DNA of 64,000 bases from Acidimicrobiia bacterium (GCA_041576165.1 JBFGLM010000023.1:1-64000); one strand, 5' to 3'; counted from the first letter of the stretch, positions 28,947-39,060 are shown. Notes: generated from the sequence alone by a model not told the origin. Made by a program: numbers and translations.

Positions 28947-30746
28947 GTGATCCGCGGACATGCGGTTGCGGTTGTGATCCTGTTGATGGTTGCAGCGTGT
29001 GCTGGACCCCAGGAGGGTCCGATCGCGAGCGTCGTGACAACCACGTCGTCGACTATGGCGGCGCGCCCCGGTGCGTCATCTACTACTTCCGTTACCCGGC
29101 CGGCGTCCATATCAACGACCGCGCCGCCGCGTGCGGCACCCGTCCATCTGACGTACGGCTGGGATGGGGTGACCCGATTCCAGGCCGGCACCTCCGAACT
29201 GCTCGTGGTTGAACCGGTTTCCTGGGCGGAACAGGACGGGGCAGGCGGGATCGTGTTTCGGTCAGCGACGGACGAGCCAGGTTGGGCGTGGCTCGGCGCC
29301 GACGCCCAGCGGCCTCGCAGCCTGGACCTGGGTGACGGCGGCCGGAAGGAGATCCTCCTGGTCTTTGGGTTGGAAGGTCGTCCATCGGCGCTGGTGTCGA
29401 GGAACCCCGACGGTGCCTCCCGGTGTGACCCGAGCGATTTTGCCGAGGAGCTGACGATTCTCGATCTCGCGACGGGTGACGAACAGTCCTTCGTGTGCCG
29501 CGAAGAAGGCGGCGATGGGGGCGAGCTTCTCACTTCCTTCGGCGGGGGTCTCTTCGCGGCTGTCAGCTGGGTCGCGGTCGGCGCAGGCGGCACAGACCAG
29601 CTCCTGGCGTTCTACGACATCAATGGTGAACAGGTAGTCCTCGACCACAACCCGTTTGCAGAGTCGTGTGCACCATGTCGACTGTCCGTGAAACTGTCGC
29701 CCGACGGGACATCAATGGCTTATGCCTTGTGGCCCACCGCCTATTGGGAGCAGCCATTGCCGGCCGGCCGCGACCACAGGGCGGCATTCGAAGAGTGGTA
29801 CGAAGACCAGCGGGACCTCGAGACCGAAGTGGCGGTCATCGATCTGGCGAGCGGCCTCGACTTGTTCCGGACCCGAGTTGCCGCCAATTCCCAGCTCGAT
29901 GCGTTCGACGGACGATTCTTGACAGTGTCCGGCGAGGCCGGCCGGAAGATCCTCGATGTCGCCACAGGGCGCGTGACCGCAGCCCCGCCCCTCGAGACAG
30001 GTGCCGGCGGGTTTTGGACCGTGGTGCTGGCCTCACTCGACAACTCCGCGATGGGATATGACGCCGCTCAGGACGCCGCGAGCGGCTATGCAGACCGGCT
30101 CAACGTGATGACGGGTGTTCTGTGGTCAGATGGTCTACTGACCTTGAATCCTGGCTACTGGGCGGTGTTCACCGGTCACTTCTCGGATCGGAAAGCTGCC
30201 GCGGGCTTCTGCAACGCTCTGGCTACGGATTGTTATGTGCGGTATGTGGCCGCAGTCGCTACCGGCAATGCGGACCTGGCCCGGAGCATGCTCATGCTCG
30301 AGCCGGAGGGTTTGGGACTCGTTCGCTTCGGACAAGCTGAAGACGAAGTCCTCGCGGTGATGGAGCGATTGATGGGGTCGCCGCCGAGCGATCCTGGTGA
30401 GCAGGCCGATTGGGTCGAGTACATGGGCTGGGAGACCTTCGGCCTGTTCCTTGGTTTCAGCCGGCCAATGTGGACGGAATTCGATGGTGTTGCTCGATTC
30501 GTTGGCTGGCAATACGACGGTGGAAGCGCCGATTCTGACCTTCGTACGGCCGCCGGCGTCGGGGTGGGCGCCACAGCGGAAGAGTTGAAAACGGTCTATG
30601 GCCCTGAGCTGGAATTGGCCCAGGAGCCGGACGAATGTCGCGGCTGGGCGGTGCAACTGATCGATGATGACGTCGGCATCGTGGTGTTGCTCGACGGTGC
30701 ACAGGTCGTGCGGGCCATCGAGGCCGGCATCGGCGTCGGTTGCTAG
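28947..30746 (+). CDS. Large modular lipoprotein (S/T-rich linker, Cys-containing beta-rich domain, SPOR-like domain, C-terminal domain)
   Basis: Lipobox LMVAAC; Thr/Ser stalk; WTVVLAS...LNPGYWAVFTG...FC...CYVR SPOR-like segment. Confidence 0.65.
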   Translation: MIRGHAVAVVILLMVAACAGPQEGPIASVVTTTSSTMAARPGASSTTSVTRPASISTTAPPRAAPVHLTYGWDGVTRFQAGTSELLVVEPVSWAEQDGAGGIVFRSATDEPGWAWLGADAQRPRSLDLGDGGRKEILLVFGLEGRPSALVSRNPDGASRCDPSDFAEELTILDLATGDEQSFVCREEGGDGGELLTSFGGGLFAAVSWVAVGAGGTDQLLAFYDINGEQVVLDHNPFAESCAPCRLSVKLSPDGTSMAYALWPTAYWEQPLPAGRDHRAAFEEWYEDQRDLETEVAVIDLASGLDLFRTRVAANSQLDAFDGRFLTVSGEAGRKILDVATGRVTAAPPLETGAGGFWTVVLASLDNSAMGYDAAQDAASGYADRLNVMTGVLWSDGLLTLNPGYWAVFTGHFSDRKAAAGFCNALATDCYVRYVAAVATGNADLARSMLMLEPEGLGLVRFGQAEDEVLAVMERLMGSPPSDPGEQADWVEYMGWETFGLFLGFSRPMWTEFDGVARFVGWQYDGGSADSDLRTAAGVGVGATAEELKTVYGPELELAQEPDECRGWAVQLIDDDVGIVVLLDGAQVVRAIEAGIGVGC

Positions 30747-30763
30747 TCAGATGTCAGGATCGC

Positions 30764-31852
30764 TCAGGCGCCCACCAGCTCGGCCGGTTTCCCGAGATTG
30801 TCGGCCTTGATTGCGTTCCGCTCGCCCATCGGTTCCGGCGGACCGGTAGTCGTATCCACCCCGGTCTGAGCTTCGAGCTCGGCGTCGAGTTCAGCGCCCA
30901 GCAAAACGATCAACGCCGACACGAACATCCAGAGGAGGAGCACGATCACTCCGCCCAGTGCGCCGTACGTCTCGTTGTAGCTCCCGAAATTGGAAACGTA
31001 GAAGTTGAGTAGCACCGAGGCGGCGAGCCAGACGATGGTCGCGGCGGCCGCGCCCCACGTCAGCCACCGCCACTTCGCCGGGTCGCGATTTGGTCCGAAG
31101 CGATAGAACGTTGCCAGGGCAACCATGAGGGCGATGCCCAGCACGGGCCAGCGCAGCCATGATGCGGCTGTGATGAGTCCAGATGAGACGCCCAAGGCTC
31201 CCAGCAACACGGGCAGAGCTGTGATGACGAAGATGGCGGCGACCACGAAGAGGATCAATCCCACAGTGAGCGCAAGGCTGATCATGCGCAGCTGCACGAA
31301 GCCTCGCGTCTCTGTCTCGTCGTAGGCCAAGTTGATGGCCTTGATCAACGCGGCGACACCCGACGACACGCTCCAGAACGTGGCAGCCAGTGAAACAGCG
31401 AAGCTGAGTCCGAGCGCGGCGTTGGAGGATTCTACGATCGCGGCGAGCTGGGAGTTGATCAGGTCAGCTGCGGAGCCGGGGAGAATCGCGGTCAGATCGG
31501 CGACTTGGGCTTGTGCGGTTGCGGCGTCGGCTACCAAGCCGTATAGGGACACAACGGCGATCAGCGCGGGAAAGAGAGCCAGCACGCCGTAATAGGTCAT
31601 GGCGGCAGCCACCATCGTCAAGTTGTCGTCCTTCATTTCGGCTGCGACTCGTGCCAAAACGTCCTTCCAGCCCCGGGGAGGGATGGCAGCGGGTCGAGAC
31701 GCGGAGCGCCCTCGATGGCCGTCGGAAAGCCTGACCGGCCGATGCCCCCCCGTGCCGCCATCTGTGCTGTGGTTCTGGTCCCGGGCCATGACTGCCCGGG
31801 TGGCAGCGACCAGCACCGCGAGCTTGGTCGTGAGGTCGATGATTCGTCGCAT
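30764..31852 (-). CDS. YihY/virulence factor BrkB family membrane protein
   Basis: DDNL..AAA.TYY..LALFP, NLAYD..ETR and YV.NFGSYNETYGALGGVIVLLLW...LLGAE motifs. Confidence 0.92.
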   Translation of the reverse strand: MRRIIDLTTKLAVLVAATRAVMARDQNHSTDGGTGGHRPVRLSDGHRGRSASRPAAIPPRGWKDVLARVAAEMKDDNLTMVAAAMTYYGVLALFPALIAVVSLYGLVADAATAQAQVADLTAILPGSAADLINSQLAAIVESSNAALGLSFAVSLAATFWSVSSGVAALIKAINLAYDETETRGFVQLRMISLALTVGLILFVVAAIFVITALPVLLGALGVSSGLITAASWLRWPVLGIALMVALATFYRFGPNRDPAKWRWLTWGAAAATIVWLAASVLLNFYVSNFGSYNETYGALGGVIVLLLWMFVSALIVLLGAELDAELEAQTGVDTTTGPPEPMGERNAIKADNLGKPAELVGA

Positions 31853-31861
31853 GCCGGATCT

Positions 31862-31888
31862 GTACCCGACACGGGTGGACTTCACACA
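31862..31888 (-). promoter_or_regulatory. Candidate SigF/SigB-type (general stress) promoter of yihY
   Basis: The minus strand reads GTGT-N16-GGGTAC about 10 nt before the ATG, resembling actinobacterial SigF GTTT-N15-17-GGGTA. Confidence 0.4.
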
Positions 31889-32023
31889 TGTCGCAGGTCG
31901 ATTGAAATCCTTCGAGTCAGGATTCGCCGTGCGTGACTGCGGACTCGGCGCGAGCACCCATCCAGTCGAAACCCGTCGCGAGCCTGAACCCTGGCCGGTC
32001 TAGGCACGCCGCGCTGATGGCCC

Positions 32024-32587
32024 TCAGGCCGCGGTTGTCACTGCCCGCCAGGTGGCGTCGACGAGTGCATCGAGCTCTTCGTCCGACAGCTCAATGCCGG
32101 CCGAAACCAATCTCACAGCAGTGCCGAGCGACAGTAGATAGATGGCCTCGAGCGGCAAGTCCACCAGCATTGCTGCCACATCCGGCCGGTTCGCCTCTTC
32201 GAGCAGCCGATCACCCTGCTCGAGCAGGAGCTCGCGGGCTCTGTCCGCAAAGGGCGAGTCCTCCAGCTGGGTGAGAAACCTCGCTCGGGCCGGTTCCCGG
32301 CGCAGGTAGTCGTGGGTGGCCTTCCAGATCTGGCGGTAGCGGTCGGCGGGCTCGCTCGCCGGTTCGAGCTGCGCAACTACGTAGTCACCCAGGTCCTGCT
32401 TGATCTCCAGATACGTCGCGTAGACCAGCTGTTCCTTCGACTCGTAGTACACATATGCCGTGCCCGTGGCTACTCCGGCCGCCTGAGCGACCGCACTCAT
32501 CGACGCCCCATGAAATCCCCGTTCCGCCACAAGGTCGCGCAGCGCCCGACGTATGGCCGCCGGGCGATCGACCGCCGTCGACGTCAT
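32024..32587 (-). CDS. TetR/AcrR family regulator
   Basis: GFHGASMSAVAQAAGVATGTAYVYYESKEQL HTH; ATGA overlap with the SDR gene. Confidence 0.93.
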   Translation of the reverse strand: MTSTAVDRPAAIRRALRDLVAERGFHGASMSAVAQAAGVATGTAYVYYESKEQLVYATYLEIKQDLGDYVVAQLEPASEPADRYRQIWKATHDYLRREPARARFLTQLEDSPFADRARELLLEQGDRLLEEANRPDVAAMLVDLPLEAIYLLSLGTAVRLVSAGIELSDEELDALVDATWRAVTTAA

Positions 32588-33525
32588 GACTGCGACATGG
32601 CCGCGTCGAAGTCGAGTGCAACGCCCGTCATGCTCTCAGACACCGTCCAGAGATTGTCTATCGCTGTGTCGAGCCCGATCCGACGCAAGATCGGACGCCG
32701 TACCGGCGCACCGGTGTTGATGAAACGCGGCGCGTACATCTCCCCACCTGTGGCCGCAGGGTCCGTCGCCGCTCGCAGCTGAGGCAGGGCCCCCTCCGCC
32801 GGGGACATTCCGGTCCGGCTGGCCATGGCCAGCGAAATACGGCCGATCAGCCCGCCGCCTCCTTGATCCATCATGTGGGTCTGGAGGCCGCTGTTGGTCA
32901 GGCCCGGATGCGCCACCAGGCTCTGGGCCGCCAGCCCACGTTTTTCGAATTCACGCTGCAGTCCCAGCGCAAAGTGATAGTTCGCCAGCTTCGACTGGTA
33001 GTAGCCCCTCCACGGCGTGTAGTTGCCCTCGAGGTTGGGGTTGTCCGGGTCCACCGCCCGGCCGAAGTGGTGAGCCGTGCTGGTAACCGACACAACCCGG
33101 GCCGCGTCGGCCGCCAGCAGGGAGGGAAGCAAACCAGCGGTGAGCATCCAGTGGCCGAGATGGTTGACGCCGAACTGCAGCTCGAACCCATCTTCGGTAC
33201 GGCGCTCGGGCATCGCCATCAGCCCCGCATTGTTCATCAGGATGTCGATCGCCGGATGCCGCTCGGCGATGGCGTCGGCCGCGGTGCGCACCGACTCCAA
33301 CGACGCCAGGTCGAGCTCGACGATCTCGAGAGACGGGTCGGGGTGGGTGCTTGCGATCCTAGCCTGAGCGATCCTGGCCTTGTTCTGGTTCCGGGCCGCC
33401 ATCACAACGTGGGCGCCGGCGCCCGCCATCGCCTTGGCAGACTCGAGTCCGAGGCCCCCGTTGGCTCCGGTAACCACTGCGACCTTGCCGCTGAGGTCGG
33501 GGATATCGGATACGTTCCAAGCCAT
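32584..33525 (-). CDS. SDR family oxidoreductase (retinol/protochlorophyllide-reductase-like)
   Basis: TGANGGLG, NNAG, FGVNHLGH, YYQSK and HPG motifs. Confidence 0.93.
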   Translation of the reverse strand: MAWNVSDIPDLSGKVAVVTGANGGLGLESAKAMAGAGAHVVMAARNQNKARIAQARIASTHPDPSLEIVELDLASLESVRTAADAIAERHPAIDILMNNAGLMAMPERRTEDGFELQFGVNHLGHWMLTAGLLPSLLAADAARVVSVTSTAHHFGRAVDPDNPNLEGNYTPWRGYYQSKLANYHFALGLQREFEKRGLAAQSLVAHPGLTNSGLQTHMMDQGGGGLIGRISLAMASRTGMSPAEGALPQLRAATDPAATGGEMYAPRFINTGAPVRRPILRRIGLDTAIDNLWTVSESMTGVALDFDAAMSQS

Positions 33526-33535
33526 CTGAGCTCTC

Positions 33536-33578
33536 CCGGAGTGAATGTTCGTTCATATTGAATGAACATTCACTCCGG
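33536..33578. promoter_or_regulatory. 43-bp inverted repeat, probable TetR operator
   Basis: CCGGAGTGAATGTTCGTTCA-TAT-TGAATGAACATTCACTCCGG: 20-bp arms with 1 mismatch, 10 bp upstream of the SDR-tetR start. Confidence 0.8.
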
Positions 33579-33753
33579 TGTCAAACCGGCTGGTCGCGTG
33601 ATGCTTCTGGAGGCGACGATTTCAGCGCATGGAACGACGGTCTGGTTGCTGCGGGCCGCGAGACCGCACCGTATCCTTCCTCCGAATCGGAATGCTGAAT
33701 CTGGCGTCGGCCGACGAGAACGTGCGGATGGCAGCTCTTTGCGTCGCCCCGAT

Positions 33754-33781
33754 TCAAGGCGGCAGCTCGGTTGGTCGATAA
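33754..33781 (+). promoter_or_regulatory. Candidate sigma-28 (FliA/WhiG)-type promoter
   Basis: TCAAG-N15-GTCGATAA ending 7 nt before ATG 33789. Confidence 0.4.
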
Positions 33782-33788
33782 CGAGCAC

Positions 33789-34262
33789 ATGCGTTCGTTG
33801 TGGCTGCTCGTACTGCTCGTGGCGGGCACCGCGTGCGGCGGCAAAGCTGTCACGACGGACCCGGCCGCACTTCCAGATCAGTCCGAAAATGCGACGGTTG
33901 CTACGGATGCGGCGACCACGATCCCTGCAGTATCGACGGCCCCCACCTCGACGGTTGCCGACCCGACGGCCGTCGAAGCCGATACCCCGGCCTATGACGT
34001 GTTCCTGGCCGCAGTGGCCGACACTCTCGACGGCACCCGATTCGAAGGGGCACCATTTGAGGATCCGGAGGTGTTCGCGGCGACCGGCCTGTTGTTCTGC
34101 GAGCGGATGGCCCAGGGCGAGGCCGGCGAGCAGGTCGTAGTCGAATTTCTGTCCGAACTAGCCGGCGGGGACGCCACGCTGGCAGATGGCGACCAGCTTG
34201 TGCTCACCGGAGCGCTCATGGGTGCCGCCACCGAAACGCTATGCCCGCGGGCGGCGGGGTGA
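33789..34262 (+). CDS. Lipoprotein, DUF732-like
   Basis: Lipobox VAGTAC; Thr/Pro linker; FL...G..FC..M..G...A..LCP pattern. Confidence 0.7.
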   Translation: MRSLWLLVLLVAGTACGGKAVTTDPAALPDQSENATVATDAATTIPAVSTAPTSTVADPTAVEADTPAYDVFLAAVADTLDGTRFEGAPFEDPEVFAATGLLFCERMAQGEAGEQVVVEFLSELAGGDATLADGDQLVLTGALMGAATETLCPRAAG

Positions 34263-34287
34263 CCGTGGCGTGGTGCGGATTGGAGGC

Positions 34288-34791
34288 ATGTGGATGAGAG
34301 GGCTGCGCACAACGTGCTTGGCGATGATGCTGAGCGTGATCCTGGCGATGGCGGCGGTGGCAACTGCAACACCTGCGGATTTGCCGGAGGACGCCGCGGC
34401 CACAGTGGCCGAAGCCCACGCTCGAGCTGCCGCGGCTGCCTCTGAATTCGCGGCTGACAAGGCGGGGGGTCGCGACGACGACAAGACAACCGGTTTGGCG
34501 CGGGCAGCAGAAGTGTCCAGCTCCTGGCGGTTCACGAGAGAGGACCAGCCGGGGAACGGAAACGGTCGCGGTCTCGGACAGGGTCGCGCCCAGGCTGTCC
34601 ACGAGGCGCTGGCCAACGGCGAGTCACCATCCTCCCTCGACAGCCACGGCGAGGCGGTTTCGGCGGCCGCTCACGAAATGCGGGATGCGTTCGAGGGCAT
34701 GAAGAACAAGCCTGATGGGCCTCCCGGCCGGGGCAAGGGCAAAGACAAAGATAAGGACAAAGACAAAGAACGCGGCGCCGAAGACAGCTGA
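34288..34791 (+). CDS. Secreted low-complexity protein
   Basis: Signal peptide; Ala-rich; GNGNGRG, HGEAVSAAA and GKGKDKDKDKDK segments. Confidence 0.6.
   Translation: MWMRGLRTTCLAMMLSVILAMAAVATATPADLPEDAAATVAEAHARAAAAASEFAADKAGGRDDDKTTGLARAAEVSSSWRFTREDQPGNGNGRGLGQGRAQAVHEALANGESPSSLDSHGEAVSAAAHEMRDAFEGMKNKPDGPPGRGKGKDKDKDKDKERGAEDS
34732..34770 (+). repeat. Coding hexamer-like repeat (GK/DK dipeptide run)
   Basis: GGCAAGGGCAAAGACAAAGATAAGGACAAAGACAAAGAA. Confidence 0.6.
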
Positions 34792-34998
34792 CTGCATGTC
34801 CACGGCTGCTCTCGCGGCCTTCTCTCGCCGCCGGACGGTCTCGCCAGGACCTGCACGGCGGGTCCCACCCTCTCCCATGTGCCCTATGCGGGGCGTGCAG
34901 ACGACCGGAGAAACGCCGTGCCGGCTGCGCGGCTTGCGGGTCCCGGATCCTGTCGCAGGCACCGCATCGATCTGTCCCGGTCGGGTATTTTCAAGGCC

Positions 34999-35379
34999 AT
35001 GACGCAGCTGCAACGCAACAAGGAAAACGCAATCGCGTTCTACCGAATGGCGTTCGAGGGCAACCCACGCCAGGCGGTCGAGCGATACGTCGGCGGCGAA
35101 TACATCCAGCACAACCCTTGGGTGGGGGATGGTCAGGAAGCATTCGTCACCTATTTCGAACAGATGAACGTTGAGTATCCCGAGAAGAGCATCGATTTCG
35201 TTCGCACTGTGGCGGAGGACGACCTGGTAGCGGTCCACACCCATCAGATCTGGCCCGGTGGAGTCGAATTCGTGACGATGGACTTCTTTCGGTTCGACGA
35301 CGATGGCAAGATCGTCGAGCACTGGGACGCCGTCCAGGAGATTCCCGAAGAGTCGGCCAACGACAACACGATGTACTGA
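34999..35379 (+). CDS. SnoaL-like/NTF2 family protein
   Basis: NKENAIAFY, YIQHNP, AEDDLV.VH and DFFRFDDDGKIVEHWD motifs. Confidence 0.9.
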   Translation: MTQLQRNKENAIAFYRMAFEGNPRQAVERYVGGEYIQHNPWVGDGQEAFVTYFEQMNVEYPEKSIDFVRTVAEDDLVAVHTHQIWPGGVEFVTMDFFRFDDDGKIVEHWDAVQEIPEESANDNTMY

Positions 35380-35461
35380 CCGGAGCGCCCGTCCATGGCG
35401 ATCTGGAGAGGCTTGCCTCGGCATACACTCTGGGTCGTCCTCAGGATTGGGAGAGGGAGTG

Positions 35462-36124
35462 ATGAATGATCTCAGTGTCGAGTGGGAGGACCCGAGTCGA
35501 TTCTCAGACGACGAAGGCGCTGCGGCGAAGGCCTACTGGTCGCATCTCGAGACGCTGGACTTCTACACCGCCCCCACGCACTGGAGTCACGACATTGCCG
35601 AGCGGGTCTTGTCGTATGGTCCAAGGCGAGTTCTCGAGTTCGGCTGCAACGCCGGACGAAACCTCCACGCGATAAGCGAACGCGCTGGCAGTGTGGAACT
35701 CGTCGGGTTGGACATCAACGAGGATGCCGTGGCCCACGGCGCCGAACTCTTTGGTCTTGATCTCCGCGTTGCCGATGAATCGGGCCTCGAGGTATTCGAG
35801 AACGATTCATTCGATGTTTCCTTCACCATCTCGGTGCTGGATCATCTTCCCTACCCGCAAGTAGCGCTGACCGAACTGGCACGGGTCAGCAGCCTGGCAG
35901 TCATCCTGCTCGAGCCGGAGTTGGGGGTTGAAGGGCGTGTTGTCGCCAACCGCCATCCGGAGGAGGAAGAGGTCACACTGGCGACGCCCTATTCCTACTC
36001 CTGGGAGTATGAGCCGATGATTCGCGCAGTTGCCCCCGAGGCGTCGCTCACAATTCATCCGCATCCCCTGAGGGGGACGCGCTGGGGTCCCTTCTACCGG
36101 CGTTTCGAGATCGACCTTCGGTGA
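35462..36124 (+). CDS. Class I SAM-dependent methyltransferase
   Basis: VLEFGCNAGRNL, GLDIN and FDVSFTISVLDH motifs. Confidence 0.85.
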   Translation: MNDLSVEWEDPSRFSDDEGAAAKAYWSHLETLDFYTAPTHWSHDIAERVLSYGPRRVLEFGCNAGRNLHAISERAGSVELVGLDINEDAVAHGAELFGLDLRVADESGLEVFENDSFDVSFTISVLDHLPYPQVALTELARVSSLAVILLEPELGVEGRVVANRHPEEEEVTLATPYSYSWEYEPMIRAVAPEASLTIHPHPLRGTRWGPFYRRFEIDLR

Positions 36125-36231
36125 GTCGGGCCAGGGATGGCGGCGCGCCGGCGGCGGAAGCTGGCCGCCGTCGAGTCGCCGAGGCGGATCGACCATCGCC
36201 CGTCGTAATGTGCCAACCGAAGGAGTGACGC

Positions 36232-37611
36232 ATGACATCCGAGATCGACCGCCTGACGGGTGAAACCATCCAGCTGCTGCAGGCCCTGATCCGCAACCAG
36301 TGCGTGAACGAAGGGACGGTCGAGTCGGGACACGAGTCGCGTAATGCTGAGCTTCTTCGCAATGAGCTCGAGAGCGACGGAGTGGACATTCGACTCTTCG
36401 AAACCCTTCCCGGGCGGGCATCACTGGTCGCCCGTTACCAAGGCACCGACCCGGACGCTCCCGCGTTGTGCCTCATGGGCCACACCGACGTCGTCCCCGT
36501 CAGCCCCGAGGGTTGGGATGTGGATCCGTTTGAAGGAGAGCTGATCACGTCCCCTGACGGCATCGCCGAGGTGTGGGGGAGGGGTGCAGTCGACATGCTC
36601 AACCTGACCTCTTCGATGGCCGTGGCCTTCCGGCATATCGTCCGTTCCGGTAAGCGTTACCCGGGCGACATCGTCTATTTCGCGGTGGCAGACGAGGAAC
36701 ACGGTGGTCTCAACGGCGCGAGCAAGCTGGTCGACCAGGAATGGGACACCCTTCACTGCGACTTCGTGCTCACCGAGTACGGCGGAACGCCAACAATGAC
36801 CGAGGATGGGCCCGTCGTGCTCCTCACGACCGCCGAAAAAGGCGGGAGCCCGCGACGTATCATCGTGCACGGCGAGCCGGGACATGGGTCCATGCCATAT
36901 ATGGCCGACAGCGCGTTGATCAAGGCGGCCGAGATCGTGCGCCGTCTCGCTGCGTACAACCCAGGGCCGCGTCTCGACGAGATGTTCGCGGCCCGCGTGA
37001 AGGCGATGGGACTCCCCGAGGACCTCGAACAGCGCTTGTTGGATCCGGTTTGCCTCTACGATGCGCTAGCGGAACTGCCTCCTGAGCTGTCCCGCAACCT
37101 CCACTCGTGCTGTCACACGAGTTTCAGCCCCAACATCCTGGCCAGCGGGGAGAAGTCCAACACCATCCCCGACCGGGCGGAGCTCGTGGTGGATATCCGC
37201 CTCATCCACGGCGACTCACCGGATGATGCCGACGCGTATCTGCGTGACGCGATCGGTGACGACCTGATGGCGTCTATCGAGGTGGAGCCCCTGTTCCCGG
37301 GAATGGAGGCGCTGGCTCTCGACCCAAGCGCTTCTCCGACCGATACGGTCCTGTGGGACGCTCTGAGCGACGCTATCTCGGTCGCCTACCCGGGCGCCAA
37401 GGTGCTGCCAAGCATCGTCACCGGAGGCACCGACGCCAGATACTTCCGCCGCCGGGGAGTGCCGTCGTACGGTGCGGGGTTGCTCAGCCCCCAGGTTCCC
37501 ATGGCGGAATTCCTCAGCCGATTCCACGGCCACAACGAGCGGATCGACGTCGAGTCTTTGCAGCTGACCACCCAGCTCTGGCTCGACGTGTTCGATCGTC
37601 TGTGGATCTAG
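36232..37611 (+). CDS. M20/M25/M40 family metallo-hydrolase
   Basis: GHTDVVP, WGRGAVDM, ADEE, GHGS, GGTD and HGHNE motifs. Confidence 0.92.
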   Translation: MTSEIDRLTGETIQLLQALIRNQCVNEGTVESGHESRNAELLRNELESDGVDIRLFETLPGRASLVARYQGTDPDAPALCLMGHTDVVPVSPEGWDVDPFEGELITSPDGIAEVWGRGAVDMLNLTSSMAVAFRHIVRSGKRYPGDIVYFAVADEEHGGLNGASKLVDQEWDTLHCDFVLTEYGGTPTMTEDGPVVLLTTAEKGGSPRRIIVHGEPGHGSMPYMADSALIKAAEIVRRLAAYNPGPRLDEMFAARVKAMGLPEDLEQRLLDPVCLYDALAELPPELSRNLHSCCHTSFSPNILASGEKSNTIPDRAELVVDIRLIHGDSPDDADAYLRDAIGDDLMASIEVEPLFPGMEALALDPSASPTDTVLWDALSDAISVAYPGAKVLPSIVTGGTDARYFRRRGVPSYGAGLLSPQVPMAEFLSRFHGHNERIDVESLQLTTQLWLDVFDRLWI

Positions 37612-37808
37612 TCCCGGCCGGAACGCCCGCCGCTTCCGGATCGGATGATCACCCTCCAGGAGTACGGCGGCTCTCGGCTTCGTCTCCGCATTGCACAGCG
37701 AAGTGAAGTCGCTCGGCCTCCAGCCGGCGTAGCCAATCGTCCACCCCGGAGACCGTAGCGACGGCCCGGGGCCTCTGGCCTCCCTTTTCTCCAGACGGCG
37801 CCCGTACG

Positions 37809-38438
37809 ATGCCGGTCGTGAATCATCATGACGTCCCGACGCCAACGCGGCTCCAGAAATGGACCGCCGCCGGCGGGATGGTCTCGCTGTTTCTCCTGGT
37901 GCCAGTGGTGGTGAGCGTATTCGGGAGGTCCGCGATTCGGTGGCTCCTCGCCGGCGGCGGGCTGCTGGTCATTCTTTGGATGGCTGTCGTGATCGTCCGG
38001 CGGCATAGGGCGAAACGCTTTCCGATCATCGTGTTCGGCATCGGGGACGTCTCGGCTCCGGCGGAGCAGGTCGAAGACGCCAAGGCGCGATTGGCGGGCG
38101 GGGACTACGCCGCGTTCGTGGTTGCCGCCGTCCGGGACCAATCAGATGAGGAAGCCCAGGGTCAGATCTGGGTGCATGCCGATCGGACCGGCGACATCAA
38201 GAAGACGGACCTCGTCGTCTACTTCGCTTGGGCGGGGCAGCCCGCCGCCGAACCAATCCTCGCCCGTCTGTTCGAAGACGGCTGGGAACTGACCCGCTGG
38301 GAGCCCGATCACTGGGCGATGTTCACCTATCCGGCTGGTATCCAATCCGCCGAGGCGATTTCGGTGCTCGTCGGTGTCATGTCAGCACTGTTCGATCTGC
38401 CGGTTTCGACGCAATGGAGCTTCCGGGCATTTGCCTGA
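37809..38438 (+). CDS. Hypothetical protein with two N-terminal TM helices (possible start GTG 37818)
   Basis: Two hydrophobic helices followed by a soluble domain. Confidence 0.6.
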   Translation: MPVVNHHDVPTPTRLQKWTAAGGMVSLFLLVPVVVSVFGRSAIRWLLAGGGLLVILWMAVVIVRRHRAKRFPIIVFGIGDVSAPAEQVEDAKARLAGGDYAAFVVAAVRDQSDEEAQGQIWVHADRTGDIKKTDLVVYFAWAGQPAAEPILARLFEDGWELTRWEPDHWAMFTYPAGIQSAEAISVLVGVMSALFDLPVSTQWSFRAFA

Positions 38439-38553
38439 CGGACGCGACGGATTGCTGATCGCCCGGTTGACCTCTGCTGGGGATCACGTCCGAGATTCGC
38501 CGCGAAATCCCCATCAAACCCGAGTGCGTGACCCTGAGCGTCGCCAGTGCTTG

Positions 38554-38937
38554 TCAGTCAGCCCAGAATGCGTCCAACCCGTACGGGTCGGCGGGGATCG
38601 TCCAGACCTCCTGGACCCTGTCGTCTTCAACATGGAAGATGAATACGGTGTTTCCACTGAAGCTCTTGCCGTCCCGACTCAGCTGGCCTTTGCCGAGCAC
38701 AACCACGTGTTCGTCGTCGGCAAGCGTCGCGTGCAACTCATTTTCGATCTGCGCCTCAGAGCTGATGTTCCCCATCATCTCGACGATTCGGTCCGGTCCG
38801 GTGTAGTCGCCGCTCCACCTGTTGTTGCCACCGCTGTGCCAGGTGGCATCTTCGGCGAACAGACCCTTCATGGTGGCCATGTCACCTTCGGCGAAGGCTT
38901 GGAAGCCACGCATGACGATTTGCGCGTTTTGGTGCAT
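38554..38937 (-). CDS. NTF2/SnoaL-like protein
   Basis: RBS AAGGAGGT; AF..GD....LFA.DA.WH and FIFHVEDDRV.EVW motifs. Confidence 0.88.
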   Translation of the reverse strand: MHQNAQIVMRGFQAFAEGDMATMKGLFAEDATWHSGGNNRWSGDYTGPDRIVEMMGNISSEAQIENELHATLADDEHVVVLGKGQLSRDGKSFSGNTVFIFHVEDDRVQEVWTIPADPYGLDAFWAD

Positions 38938-39060
38938 GATTTGACCTCCTTGCGGCGCGCAATGCGACTCCGAAAGCTACACCTTTGGCGGAGACGGTGA
39001 CCGTATGCCGATTGAAATATGACATCCCCGGAGTTCGAAAACAGGTCTAGCGTGCGGTGA

